Source: Trichinella spiralis
Taxonomy: Eukaryota
Reading direction: 5' to 3'
DNA length: 64,000 nt
NCBI RefSeq assembly: GCF_000181795.1
Contig: NW_003526941.1
Coordinates: forward strand, 2,978,195-3,042,194
Position 1 is the first letter of the stretch. Every line of letters begins with the position of its first letter. This document shows positions 28,262 to 41,296 of the stretch, piece after piece. A program made the position numbers and the translations under genes. The notes beneath the pieces are model-generated. The model was not told where the DNA came from. It ran no database searches and was given only the letters and a program-made list of their open reading frames with translations.

Positions 28262-31200
28262 CTAAGGTTTGGTATTGATCAGATATTTACAACAGTGAGT
28301 CAACAGTGCGCGGTCAGCATGATCAACAACGGCGTGGTTGTTGTTTGTCGAACCACCAGAGTTGGTCCGCTGTTCTCTGGTGTAGATGTCCAGTCCGTAC
28401 TGACCTTCGTCAGGAAATAACAAATGGAATGTAACCACGTCACCGCGAACGGTAGTGCTCACACAGCGTTCCAGTTTGCGTTGGTCAATGTAATTTTTCC
28501 GCAAAGTGGCCACAAATTCAGCTAGCGGTTTCGCCATGCGGAAGCGAATGTCCAGCTCCGGGCCGGCGTTAATTATGGCATCCTCGTGACTGAGTGGAAT
28601 CATGCTGAACAGCCGGAACGCTTTAGCAGGGCCCCATTCACCGCTCGAGCATTCCGGCAACGGCACCATGATCACATTCAGTTCTGCGCAAAGTACTTTG
28701 AATTTGCAGATACTTTTGAACTTCATCGGCTGACCTGTCAAGTAATCACCGGGTGAGACCGCGTTGGCGAATATGTCTAACAAAAATTCACCCCGGCAGG
28801 GGGTGTGAACACGGAACACGGCTGAATGACCGACTGTGCTTTGCATGACGAACCTTTTCAAACTGACATGGTTGTAATCAGCCTGGTCGGTATCGTAGAA
28901 TCGCAGATTGTAATGGAAAATTAAGCTTCTCGTACAATCGGGCGACATGTTGACCGCCACGGTTGCGGCGCCGGTCTGGTCCGCCGGCACAATTGCCTGA
29001 AGACCAGGGTCGGCGAACGACAGCTTGTAGTGGAAGAACAAAGACCTGACGAATGGCAACTCTTCAAACTGCTGTCTGCTCAACGGTCGTTTCAGCAGTT
29101 GCCATTCGCATTGGGAGGGGAAAAATTCGAAAATAAATTCCTCTGGATCAGTCATGAAATAATGGTCGTCGTACTCATAGCGTAGACTTTCTGAATGACC
29201 GATCGACCGACCAGAACCTCCAGCTTGTGGCACGTCTCGAGCGTTGACCAAATGCCTAGCTCCCCAGTTACACTGAACGAAACGCCAACTTCCACCCAAA
29301 TAGACTGCATTCCACGTATTCCTGAATCGTCCTCCGTCGAAACGCATGCCTGGTTGATAGCCAGCACTCTTGCTATAACCCTTGATCACAACACAATGCA
29401 AACCGGCATAGCTGGAAAAGATTTAAAAAATGAACAATAATTTGCATATTGCAATAGAATTCAAATATTTATTTTCATTATCACTTATTCGTGTATTTAT
29501 TACCTGCAAAGTCGTTTGAAAAGAACATGATATGATTCAGTACCAAATTTTATGCCTCGCAATATGCCCATTGGTGTATTTGGATCTAATTCTTGATCGA
29601 ATTCCATCAAATTCAAATTTTTCACAGTTATCCAACGATAAATTGCCCTGATTAATGGATCTTTTTCAAATATTTACGCAATTAATTTGCTATTTGCTAT
29701 AACAGCATACCTGGCAATTTCTACATCAGTTTTGCAGTTGTGAGTAAGTGCCCGTATCAGATCAGTGAAGCTGTGCTGTTCTGACTGAGCAACGCTAACA
29801 GCAGTCTGATCGATCATCTCGAACGTACTGATCTCAGAGTAGACATCCTTTTTTCGACCAACTGGTGGAAACGGTGGAGGCGGTGTAGATGGATAATTGC
29901 TAGCATCATTTTGATCGTTCACAGTACCATTCGTCTTTAAAAACAATTATTACCGCTATTACTGTCATTATTATTTTTTATTTTATTTTTACAATTTTAA
30001 TTTTCATATCCTTGTGCAAAAGGAAAGAAAAAAATTTACTTGTTGTCGAGCTTTTTTATAAAGTCCCATCATTTCTTGGCTTTGTTTCTCGACCAAATCA
30101 GCGGTCAAAGACCGTTCACGTTCACGCCAACGTTGACGCATCGTTTCACGCTGATTTTCACGTTTCAACGTCAGCTGGCGTAATAAGTCGTCGCGTGCTT
30201 TAGAACTCTTCTGCGAGTTCTGATCGTAACGTCGGGCAAGGTCCATGAGAGCCTTTTCCCATTCTTCCTGGAAAACAGTTTCCAAATTTTGATCAGAATC
30301 AATTTTCGAAAAATTTCCAACCATTTACAATCACAAAATTTATTGAAAACACGCAATTATTGTCAGTTCATTAAATTATTATTATTATGATTATTCATTC
30401 ATTCATTCATTTATTACTTTCGTTTCTTCAGAGAATCGTTGCTCTTCTTCGAATCGCTGCTGTGAAAATCGTCTGTACATGTTATCCTCTTGTTCACGAT
30501 GAATGAGCTCCAGTCGTGTTTGATCGTCATAGTCCTAAAACGATACAAGAAATGGTTTATGTTCATAAAACAATTGAGCATTCACATGAGCAACTAAGCC
30601 AAACCCAGTTGAACCACTGACAATGAAATGATGCGTGATGAATAAAACACTTGAAAACTGTTGTCACAGTACCCCATTCCCCTCCCCTAATTCCGCACCC
30701 CTCTTCAAAATAGACGACCGTTTGTTCATTTCAATAAACTGTTGGTTAATATTAAATTCACTTGCAAATGATGTCGACAAATTTATCGAACCATATACAC
30801 AAATGGCACTCCTTGAAAATGCTGACCTTCATCAGTTTTTGCAAAACATCAGAAACGTAATCATTCCACTGACATCAAACAAATGATGATAATGCAACTG
30901 CAAATCTGAGGGCATTTTTGTATTCGCTTTTTCAGCCAATATGATTTATTACGGTTGATTAAATTTAACCTCCATCAACGCTTCATTAACGTTGACAATA
31001 AATATTTCTCCAGTCGTTCTTTCTGTCAGTTTTCTACTTTAATGTGTGTGTGTATGTGTGTGCGTTTATACCCTTGAAAACAACGAAAATAAAAGAAATT
31101 TTCAAAAATAAAGTTAAATATAAGTTGAAGTTATCACAATGAAAAGTAAAGACGTTAACTTGTAAATTCAAGTCGAAAAAGATAAGCACTGAACTAAAAT

Positions 31201-32087
31201 TAAAATTGCATTTTAATTTAATTTTAATTAAAAATATCCATTGAAAAAGTCAATCTAATCGAAAACAAACATAAAAAAAAGATGAACAAGTATAAAAAAT
31301 CTTCGCAAAGTGAAAGTGAGTTCAGAAAATGTTGTCATGCTCAATTCTGATTCTGTCAAACAGAAGAAAAATCGAACATTCACTTCTGGTGTAATTCAAT
31401 GTAAATACAAAAATTCGTATCATTTTCAATCGACCTGATCGTTAAAAGGCAAAACCAGAATTAAAACTGTGGAAAATTGATCGAAAGCTGAATAAACAGT
31501 AGTGAAATTGTTCGCTTGGAAAAGCTTTCTGCTTTCTCCTCTGTCTACTCCAACCATCTGCACCAATTTAAAGGGTCAGCAACATCGACAATAACACGAT
31601 GTTTTTTCTTCCTCTTATCAAAAATGCACAAGAGCAATATTGATTTTCAAATAAATTAATCACATGATGACCCATCATAATACGTTAGCCAGAAATTCAA
31701 CAGTTTGCAATAAAATATTTTCAATTTATAAAGCAGTCCAGCTATGCGTCAGTTTTAGAGTGTTGTTATTGTGAAAAGTGAAAATTTTCTTCAAACAGAT
31801 CCTCAGTGTAAATATGACACGCTTCGTAAGCGTTGAAGTTGAACGAAATTTATTCACCCTGTTGTTTTGTAAAATTGCCATCTAATCGACAACTCAATTA
31901 TTGAAGTTGTTGTGAAGTGACGATGCACGACCAGCGAGAATTATTAAACCAGAATTAAAAATTGTCCAAGCTAATTTTAGCTCTACAACAGCACAGCTTT
32001 GTCTAGTCGAAATCCGGTCTGAGCAAACAAGCAACTATACAGTACGACGATGTTTTGTTGGCCATCTTGTTATGCATGTGCGTGCAT

Positions 32088-32119
<32 letters not shown>

Positions 32120-33392
32120 GCACGCTGCACTAACGCACACAGATAGCAAGCAAATGTTATTATTGTAATTATTATAATAAGTGCTTCTTTAACTTTTGTA
32201 GCTTTAATTTTTGCAATCTGTGTGCATAATTTTTTTTATAAAACTAAGCTGATTAATGTAAAAGATAATGAAACAGCAAAAAATTGCTCTGTCTCTTTCT
32301 TTCTGTTTTTATATTTTTTTCTTTTCTTTTTTTATAAACTAAATTTCTACACTCAGTAACCAGTCAAATGCGATGATGTTCATGATGAGGACAAGGTCGT
32401 GCTGAGATTGCAACGGACCACGCTTATATAGTGACAAAATACAATGCCTGAATGCTCAGGGCCAGTAACTGTCGACCTTGCTGAGAAAAGCTGACCAAAT
32501 CTCGACCATGACATATGACCACCACCAACCAAACAAACTGTAAAGTTTTCATTATAAAGCTTATTTATCCAAAGTAAAGCATAGCTGATTTACAACTAAT
32601 TCACTGTACCAAATAATAATAATAATAATCGTTGATGCACTAATTGCAATTAATGCAAAAATTACCTGCAAAACTAACAACCAGTTTTAAGACCAGGAAA
32701 AAAGCAGGAAATATGCATGGCTCACTTTACCAAAAATCAACAGAGGAAAAAAATACAAAAAATGTAAACCAGATTGCGACACAAATTTCCGGAGCTATAG
32801 CTTGAAATGATACAATTGTTAAACAGTGCAACTCATCACTTCAGATTAGACTAAACCGATACGGTCAGTAACATTGCAATCACAACTCTTTATCTAATTT
32901 GATAATTACTGTATAAGCAAAAAAAATTTTTTCACTTCCCACAACAATAGAAGCAATAATAAGGAAATAAAGAACTGAAAATGGAATTCAACTTACGATC
33001 AGATAACGAGCTCCAGGGTGAACAATTTTCGGATATGGCTTTTGTATTTCAGTCGCTTTAAGCAGATGCTTGATTTTCATGTCACCGACCAACGAGTCTG
33101 AGCCGGACCCATTCGGCGTTGGACTGCCCTGCGGACCATTTCCAGCGCAGAGCAAATTCGACCGGTGCGGTATGGGATCGTGCGGACCGGCCTGCGGCAC
33201 GTGATTATTACAGTATACTTCTTGATCTTCGATACGGTTTCGATTGTGAAAATAGGTGCGCAACGTGAGGCGTGTTCCACAGATGTAACACTTGAAACAG
33301 CCGTGATGGAAGAACGTGCCATCCTTGAGCGGACCCACTTTGTCGGTCGGATAGACCGGCCGGCGACAACGGAAACAAAGCTCCTTGACCAT
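28262..33392 (-). CDS. ltd-1: Hillarin / LIM and transglutaminase-like domain protein (ltd-1-like)
   Basis: Exons 33392-32997, 30534-30418, 30267-30040, 29934-29711, 29647-29504 and 29411-28262 are all phase-compatible GT-AG. The N-terminus is a LIM domain (CFRC...FHHGCFKCYIC...VYCNNH), followed by a coiled coil. The TGase-like core reads RAIYRWIT...KFGTESYHVLFKRLCSYAGLHCVVIKGYSKSAGYQPG...NTWNAVYLGGSWRFVQCNWGAR...YDDHYFMTDPEEFIFEFFP. Confidence 0.9.
32090..32118. repeat. (CA)n microsatellite in hillarin intron 1
   Basis: About 14 perfect CA units. Confidence 0.9.
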
Positions 33393-36300
33393 TTACTTGA
33401 CGATTACAGCTATTTAATGAAACGGCATGTCAAAGAAAATTGAGATGTTAAATTTTTTCTAAAAAACAACAATAAAATAACTTTTCAAATTTACATTTGC
33501 AATATTAAAATTATCAAACAAATATATATAATAATAAGAATAATGAAGATAAAAATACGCAATCAGCAAATGCAATCAAACTAAAAACGGCGAAGAGCCA
33601 TCTTATTCAACAACAGTTGAACAGTAAATCTGTGATGGTGATTTATAAAATGTGGCTAAATTGGAAAGACTATAAGTAAATGAATTGAATACAAAGAAAA
33701 CGCAAAATAAAATAATGTAAAGTAAAAATGTGAAAATTGCAGCTCAAGTGCGATGATGCACTTACAGACACAAGAAGAAATGTATGTATGAAATAAGTGG
33801 TGGCCAAATGTTGATTGGCTTAACCAATAAAAAGCCGGCCGGCCCTGTTCGTCCTCCGGTGGTGAGTGAACCTGTTGATCGGTTGTCAGAAGAATGAATA
33901 TCAGCGTTGAAATTTCACTAATTCAAAGCCGGTTGTCAGATTCCGACAGATTGGCAGCCAACAGATGCAACCTCTCCCTTTTCCTTCTTGTTGTTCTTGT
34001 CTATTTTTATGTTTTATTTCTGATTTTTTTACTTTGTTTTTTTCTTCTAAATTTAATGTTGCTATTTCTGTCAACGGGCCGGCTAAGTGCCAATAAGAAG
34101 TGCACCACCAGCTGTGGACAATTTACAGACACTTTCAACCGGATGATACTAAAAAAAGAAAAAAACAACAACAAATAAATACTTACAATAGCAGAGGTTA
34201 AAATAGACAAACGAAAGAATATATATATATATTTTTTTTTTATTTAACTAATTGTCGTTTCTTCTTTTCCCATTATTCATTTATGAAAGAAAAAAACTAA
34301 GCAAAAAACAAAGAAACAAAGAAAGAAATGAAGGAAAATATGTTTCATACGCGAGTAAGTTGCTGTGCACCGGTGCTAGTGTCTCACCATTGCAAAAACA
34401 GTGGAGTGGAGAGCTTGTGAGTGTGCGTGTGTGTGCTTTGCAGGCTTTGTGTCAGCGCCACGTCAACAACCGGTTTATACACAAGACGACTATGCACAAT
34501 GGTGTGTCATCATCAGCAGCATCATTGCTCGTCACTGCTGTTGCCGTTGTTGTGTAGCTCTTGCAGCAACGATAAGAAATGACTACAGAATTTACATACA
34601 AAATTTTAATAAGCCAGCCAACTTCTTAAGATGATGCTGACATTGATGATTTCTGAATATAAAATAATAAAATCAAATAAACAAATAAGGAAAGCAATTT
34701 TACATTTCACTTCATGTATACTATTAATAAGTGAAAGAATAAAAAAGATCAAAGCTCAGGTTGTCAATTTTTTGAATTTTGTACTGTTTGTTAACAATCA
34801 GGCGAATGTGAATTTTAAATAAATGAAGGAAGATACGTTGTTGGTTGAAACAAACGGATGAAGACAAAACAAACAAACAAATAAACTAGTAAACTAGCAA
34901 GCAGAGATGCAGTATTGGAACGTGTTGTGGAAAAATTCAAACTAGGTTGACCCGGTTATCATGTAGGCCAGTGTGCGTCAAAGCCGCATAGTTTCTGTTC
35001 GAGCCTATTTTCCAATGTGACAACAATAATGAACAATAAGGAATTAGCTGATTGTACGTAAGTTTTTCTATATTCGAAATTCAAAGTCCATCATCACGCG
35101 TACACACACGTATAGGAATCAATCAATGTTTCCAATAGAAAAGATGAGAAAAAAACTTTTTCTAATTAAAAAACAAAAATGAGAAACGGGATTATTTGTT
35201 TCAATTTAAAGGAAAAATGTTTTTCTAAAAGCAACCAATCAGATTCATGCAACGTTTGATAGTAAAGAAAAAAACGCAAAAAGTGCAGTACAGTATACAA
35301 AAAAGTGGCCAATCAAAATGACAACAAAAACGACGTTTTGATTGCGTTCAATGTCATTATCCATTTCATCAAAAACAATCAAACTTCACCTTGATCAACA
35401 GGACCGTATCGAATATAGTTAACACAGCTGCGGTTGCGTTGAATAAAAATAATTAACTACGCTTTCTGGCACTGTTTACATTATTTATATTACATATTTA
35501 TTCATATCCAATCAAATGACAAACGTTTCGTTTTTGCTTTCTTTTTTATAAATTTTAAAAGTATTGGTATTTCGTAAAAAATTATAAACCATATAAAATA
35601 AACATATGAAAATAATGAACTTATAAAAACGTCTTTTATGTGTGTGCATGTGTGTGTGTGTGTCTGTATTTTTTTGTTTTGATCTAACCAGTAGATTCAT
35701 TAGAGTTCACGCAAAGCAAAACAAACAAGATTTGAAAATTTTTAGGCTGCTAAGTAAACATCGTTGAAAGCAAGGCTTGCAAAAGTGTGTCGATTATAGA
35801 AAAGAAGCCTCCAGGCAAAGCGGGTGCATTGATTTTTCGAAACATTTCAAAATGTTCACCTGGTATTTAAGAAAAAGTAAGAAAATTCAATAAATGAAAC
35901 ATGAAAACAACTGCTAACACTAAATCTCAATGTATTTTGTATGTTGAGATGAAAGAAATTTAATTTTTGTCAAGAAAAAGTATTCTTAAAACGATGATAG
36001 AATAGTTCATTATAAAAATTGATTTTGAATCAAATTTATCAAATATCAACATTGCTTTAGTTACCTTTGAATGATGTCTTGCCTGCAGTTTGCTGATGAT
36101 TGCCTTCCAAGTCAGCTAACTGATCACAGTGTTGGTGTATTTTTCAAATTTCCAGTAATGCATTTTTTGTCATCTTGATAAAGAAACTTTTTTAACAAAG
36201 TTCACATTTTTTATTCTTCAGTTGGAAAATCAAGCTGAAATAAGAACAATAAAAAAACAAAAAAATGAAACGTTAACAAATAAAAAAAGAATACAGAACA

Positions 36301-39163
36301 AACTTGCGACATGATAATGTAACAATGCAAAACGCCGTTTTCATTGGAACGCTCAAAACAGCAGGAATTCAGCACTCATTTGATTTCAATTAAATACCGT
36401 TTACTGTTAGTTGTTTCCGCATGCTCAGTTTTGTCCACTGTTAGGCTGATATTTATGTTATACATATATACATACATCCTTTCGAATGCATCAGCCTAAC
36501 ATTTCTCTGTAAGTAGTGATTGAATAATTAATAATAATTTTCTAAACTGAAATTAAAGTCATAGCTGGAGTAAATTTAATACATATTATTTGAAAATAAA
36601 AAATCAACATGAGAACATTAAAAAAGTATATTACAACAATCTTTGGTCACATAACCACATTCTAACTGTGCTTATTCAATTGGAAGCTTTGTTGACAAAT
36701 GTGCAAAGCAATAAAGACAAATAAATTGAATAACAGTGATGAAATTATTGAGAACTTTTACCTACGATAAAAATGGAAAAATAATAATCAGTACAACTAG
36801 AATATACGACGGTGTTCAAATAAAAATAAAATCTTTTGAAAAAAGAAGGTTAAGTATTTTTATTAAGAATAAATACATTCACTTTTATGGTAGAAACACT
36901 AAATTAAATGTAAAAATAGCACAACTTTGGCAACATTTCCACCAGTACAAAACAAACGAAAATTAATTTTCATGGAAATTGCTTAAAAAAAGCTGCAAAA
37001 AAGAGAAAAATCACCAGAATGCAATCATGTGCAGAACATACAACTGCGAGCAATATTGAAGCAGACTTTTGCTTCTTTTTTCTTTTCACTATTCTACAAT
37101 TTGAAGTTGAAACATTTTTCACATTTTCAACAACAAATTTTAAAGCATGCTCATTTGAAAAGATTCAATAAATAGACAGTAAACAAAACAACCAATAATG
37201 CATCTCTTTTTAAAAGAACCCAATAAAAACTGCAAAATGTACCATGAATACGTATTGAAACTAGCTGAACAGTAAATTGCTTTTCAAGTGAAATTGGCTC
37301 AACTAAAAACTCATAAACGCATAAGGCAAACAAGGCGCTCACAAATTCGAAATTGCTCACTTCATTTTCAGTGAACAGTTTGTTTAAAAAAAACATCATT
37401 TTCTATGCTTTTGATCAATTTCTTCAATCTGATTATTTTCCTAATTTTATCAAAAAAATACTTATAAAGACACAATATAAGTTTTCGTTCAAACAAAGCA
37501 GTACTTGTAATTTGTCCAACCATTACTAGAGATTATTATTATTATCAGTACTGATATCCAAAAGAAGAAACTTTGACGAACGATTTCATCAAGATAACTT
37601 ATATCAATCGAAAGGTAAGAGTGAATCTTAGTTTAAAAAAGAATAAGAGAAAAGAAAACAGATATATTTCTGTAAATATATTTTACCATGTATGATGTGT
37701 GATCGAAGTTTTCTGTTTGTTGTTTACAATGCGCACAATCCAATGAAAAGCTTGCCATATCAAAATCAACAAACAGGAAACACTAAAAATGGAAAAAAAA
37801 CATTTATGCAAATGTATGCATGCATGTAAAAATAGCTACAACTTATAATTTAAAAATCAATCAAAAGTTCAATTTTTGATAAATAAAAAAATAAATTTAC
37901 CTATTAAATAAACGCACGTGAAGAATTTGAAAAAGAAAAATCGCTGCTGGCTGTTTTGAGCAATCATGTCATGTATATAAAATTAGATAGACGTCTGGAA
38001 ATCAAAATTATTAGCCCGCTCACTGGCACACTAGCATGCTTGAGTTTTACTTTATAAAATAAAGAAATACATTGAAAAAGAAGAAATGCGCATTTGTGAT
38101 GTACTGCATTCTACTAGAATTTGAAATACTCCTTCACATTCAAGATTTCATACGACAAGCACAAAAATAAGCAAATATCACTTCTATTCATAATAAGAAT
38201 GAATAAATATTGACACAACGCGTAATTAATCATAAATTTTATTACTCGATGAGGAAAAGTATGTCTGGGCAGATGGTGCGCATGAAAAATCATCCAAGTT
38301 ATAAGAAAACAAATATATGTCGACAAAACGATGCAATGATGCTGATTTCAGAATCAAAATGGCAGCAACGTGCACAAGTAAAGCCCAGTAAACAGCAAGA
38401 GTACAAAAAACATTGTTTTTCATAAAAATGTAAATCGAGAGATAGAAAAAAAGGAAAAAACGAGAGAAAATGACCAAAAAATAGGCACAGGAAATTCATT
38501 CCACAGTCCCGGCCTGTGTAGAGGCTAAACGACTTCGCAAAGTCAGAAAACAATTTGCATTTTAACAAAAAAAATGTTCAAAACGTTGCATCCTCTGTAT
38601 ACGACATTTGACAGGAAAGAATGACAACAGAAGAAAAAAAGCAAACGAAATGACGCACGTACGCAACACATATACAGATATAATAATATACATGGACAAA
38701 GCAGCGTTTCGATAACGACAATTCAATTGCATTGAATTAAACAGTGCAACGGATTTTCAAACTTTACGTGTGAAAAAGAGCAACAGCAGGTAGATATCAA
38801 TAAAGACAGACAGCAGGAGCATCATAATTCAAAGTCCAACATACCAACTTTGAACAAACGAAAAAAAACAAATGGAGCACACAAATGGGAAAACTGTTCA
38901 CGAAAGCAAATTTCATTTCAAATGATGATTAAAAAAGAAAGAAGAAAAATTAATGTTTCTTCAAATACCAACAAACAAAATGCTGCTTCAAGATCGCGAA
39001 CACACATGCATTATATATACATATATATATATGTATGTATGCATGCAAGTATGTATGTATGTATATGTATAGTTGTTGATGTACACAAAACACAAGCAGT
39101 AACAGTATGAGAATATTCTTAACATACAGAATAAGGATAGTCTTAATAATTACTATTTATAGA

Positions 39164-41265
39164 TTAATTATTCCAACCGCCCCAACTATTTTGTGGAGGT
39201 GGTGGTGGTGGTGGCGGTGGATGGTAAGGTGGTTGTTGATTTCCTGATGTTGAACTGCCTCCTCCAACAGTGCTAGCACTGCCGCCAGCAGGAATTTTCC
39301 AATCAACGCCTACATTGGCAGAAGGAATCGGCTGTTGATGTTGTGGAGGTAGTGAATGAGGCATACGCGACGATGGCCCTGCAGCCCATACGTCAGCGCT
39401 GCGACCTCCGGCTCCTGTCATGTGATGTTGATAGCTTCCAGGTGCCATTTCATTCGAATAACCGTTCAAAAATGCTGACGAAACGTAACGCATCTGCGCA
39501 GCCTGCATCATCGCTTGCGGTGGCGGTACGCGAGATGCATAATGGTACGTTCCCATCGCAGGTCTAGATCCTGGGGTTTGTTGATGATGAACATGCGGAT
39601 AAGTATTTTGTGAAGCGATATGATGGTGATGTGAGGACGAAGCTGCACCACTCTGATAAGGGTTCTGCGATCCAATGTGCATAGCTTGCATTCCTTGCAC
39701 GCTCATCATCATTGCTTGATGAAATGACGATTCAGATTCATTGTTTCCGAGCACAGACTGTGGTTGCTGGTGATGATAGTAATGATGATGTGGCTGCTGT
39801 TGTTGCTGCTGTGAGGGCTGTTGTTGATGTTGCAAAAGTTGAAGCTGATGTTGGTGACGATTAACAAAAATCCATACTGTGTGTAGTAGTTGTGTGCGCT
39901 GCTGCTGCTGCTGCTGCTGNNNNNNNNNNAAAAATAAAGCCAAAATTATCCACTTTTTATTTCATAAATAAGGAAGGAATTAAATTATTGGCCCCAACGC
40001 GTAATTAATCCATAAAATTTTATTTCTTGGAAGAAGGAAAAAGTTTGTTTGGGGCAGGATGGGGCGCCTGAAAAAATTCTTCCAAGTTTTTAAGAAAAAC
40101 AAAATTTATGTTGGACAAAAACGATGCAATGATGGTGAATTTCAGAATTCAAAAATGGGCAGCAACCGTGCACCAAGTAAAGCCCCAGTAAAACAGCAAG
40201 GAGTACCAAAAAACATTGTTTTTTCATAAAAAATGTAAATCGGGAGATGGAAAAAAAGGGAAAAAAACGGAGAGGAAAAGGCCCAAAAAATTAGGGCACA
40301 GGGAAATTCATTCCACCAGTCCCCGGCCCTGTGTAGAGGTTAAACGACTTCGCAAAAGTCAGGAAAACCAATTTGCATTTTAAACAAAAAAAAAATGTTC
40401 AAAACGTTTGCATCCTCTGTATAGGACATTTGACAGGAAAGAATGACAACAGAAGAAAAAAAGCAAACGAAATGACGCACGTACGCAACACATATACAGA
40501 TATAATAATATACATGGACAAAGCAGCGTTTCGATAACGACAATTCAATTGCATTGAATTAAACAGTGCAACGGATTTTCAAACTTTACGTGTGAAAAAG
40601 AGCAACAGCAGGTAGATATCAATAAAGACAGACAGCAGGAGCATCATAATTCAAAGTCCAACATACCAACTTTGAACAAACGAAAAAAAACANNNNNNNN
40701 NNNNNNNNNNNNNNNNNNNNNNNNNNNNNNNNNNNNNNNNNNNNNNNNNNNNNNNNNNNNNNNNNNNNNNNNNNNNNNNNNNNNNNNNNNNNNNNNNNNN
40801 NNNNNNNNNNNNNNNNNNNNNNNNNNNNNNNNNNNNNNNNNNNNNNNNNNNNNNNNNNNNNNNNNNNNNNNNNGCAGCTTGCATCATCACTAGCGGTGGC
40901 GGTACGCGAGATGCATAATGGTACGTTCCCATCGCAGGTCTAGATCCTGGGGTATATTGATGATGTACATGCGGATAAGTATTTTGTGAAGCGATATGAT
41001 GGTGATGTGAGGACGAAGCTGCACCACTCTGATAAGGGTTCTGCGATCCAATGTGCATAGCTTGCATTCCTTGCACGCTCATCATCATTGCTTGATGAAA
41101 TGACGATTCAGATTCATTGTTTCCGAGCACAGACTGTGGTTGCTGGTGATGATAGTAATGATGATGTGGCTGCTGTTGTTGCTGCTGTGAGGGCTGTTGT
41201 TGATGTTGCAAAAGTTGAAGCTGATGTTGGTGACGATTAACAAAATCCATACTGTGTTGTTGTTG

Positions 41266-41296
<31 letters not shown>

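Noticed and set aside
39164..39943. Separate 259-aa Q/H-rich gene or paralogue
   Set aside because: It overlaps the mask last exon almost identically and abuts an N gap, so it is treated as the true mask C-terminus.
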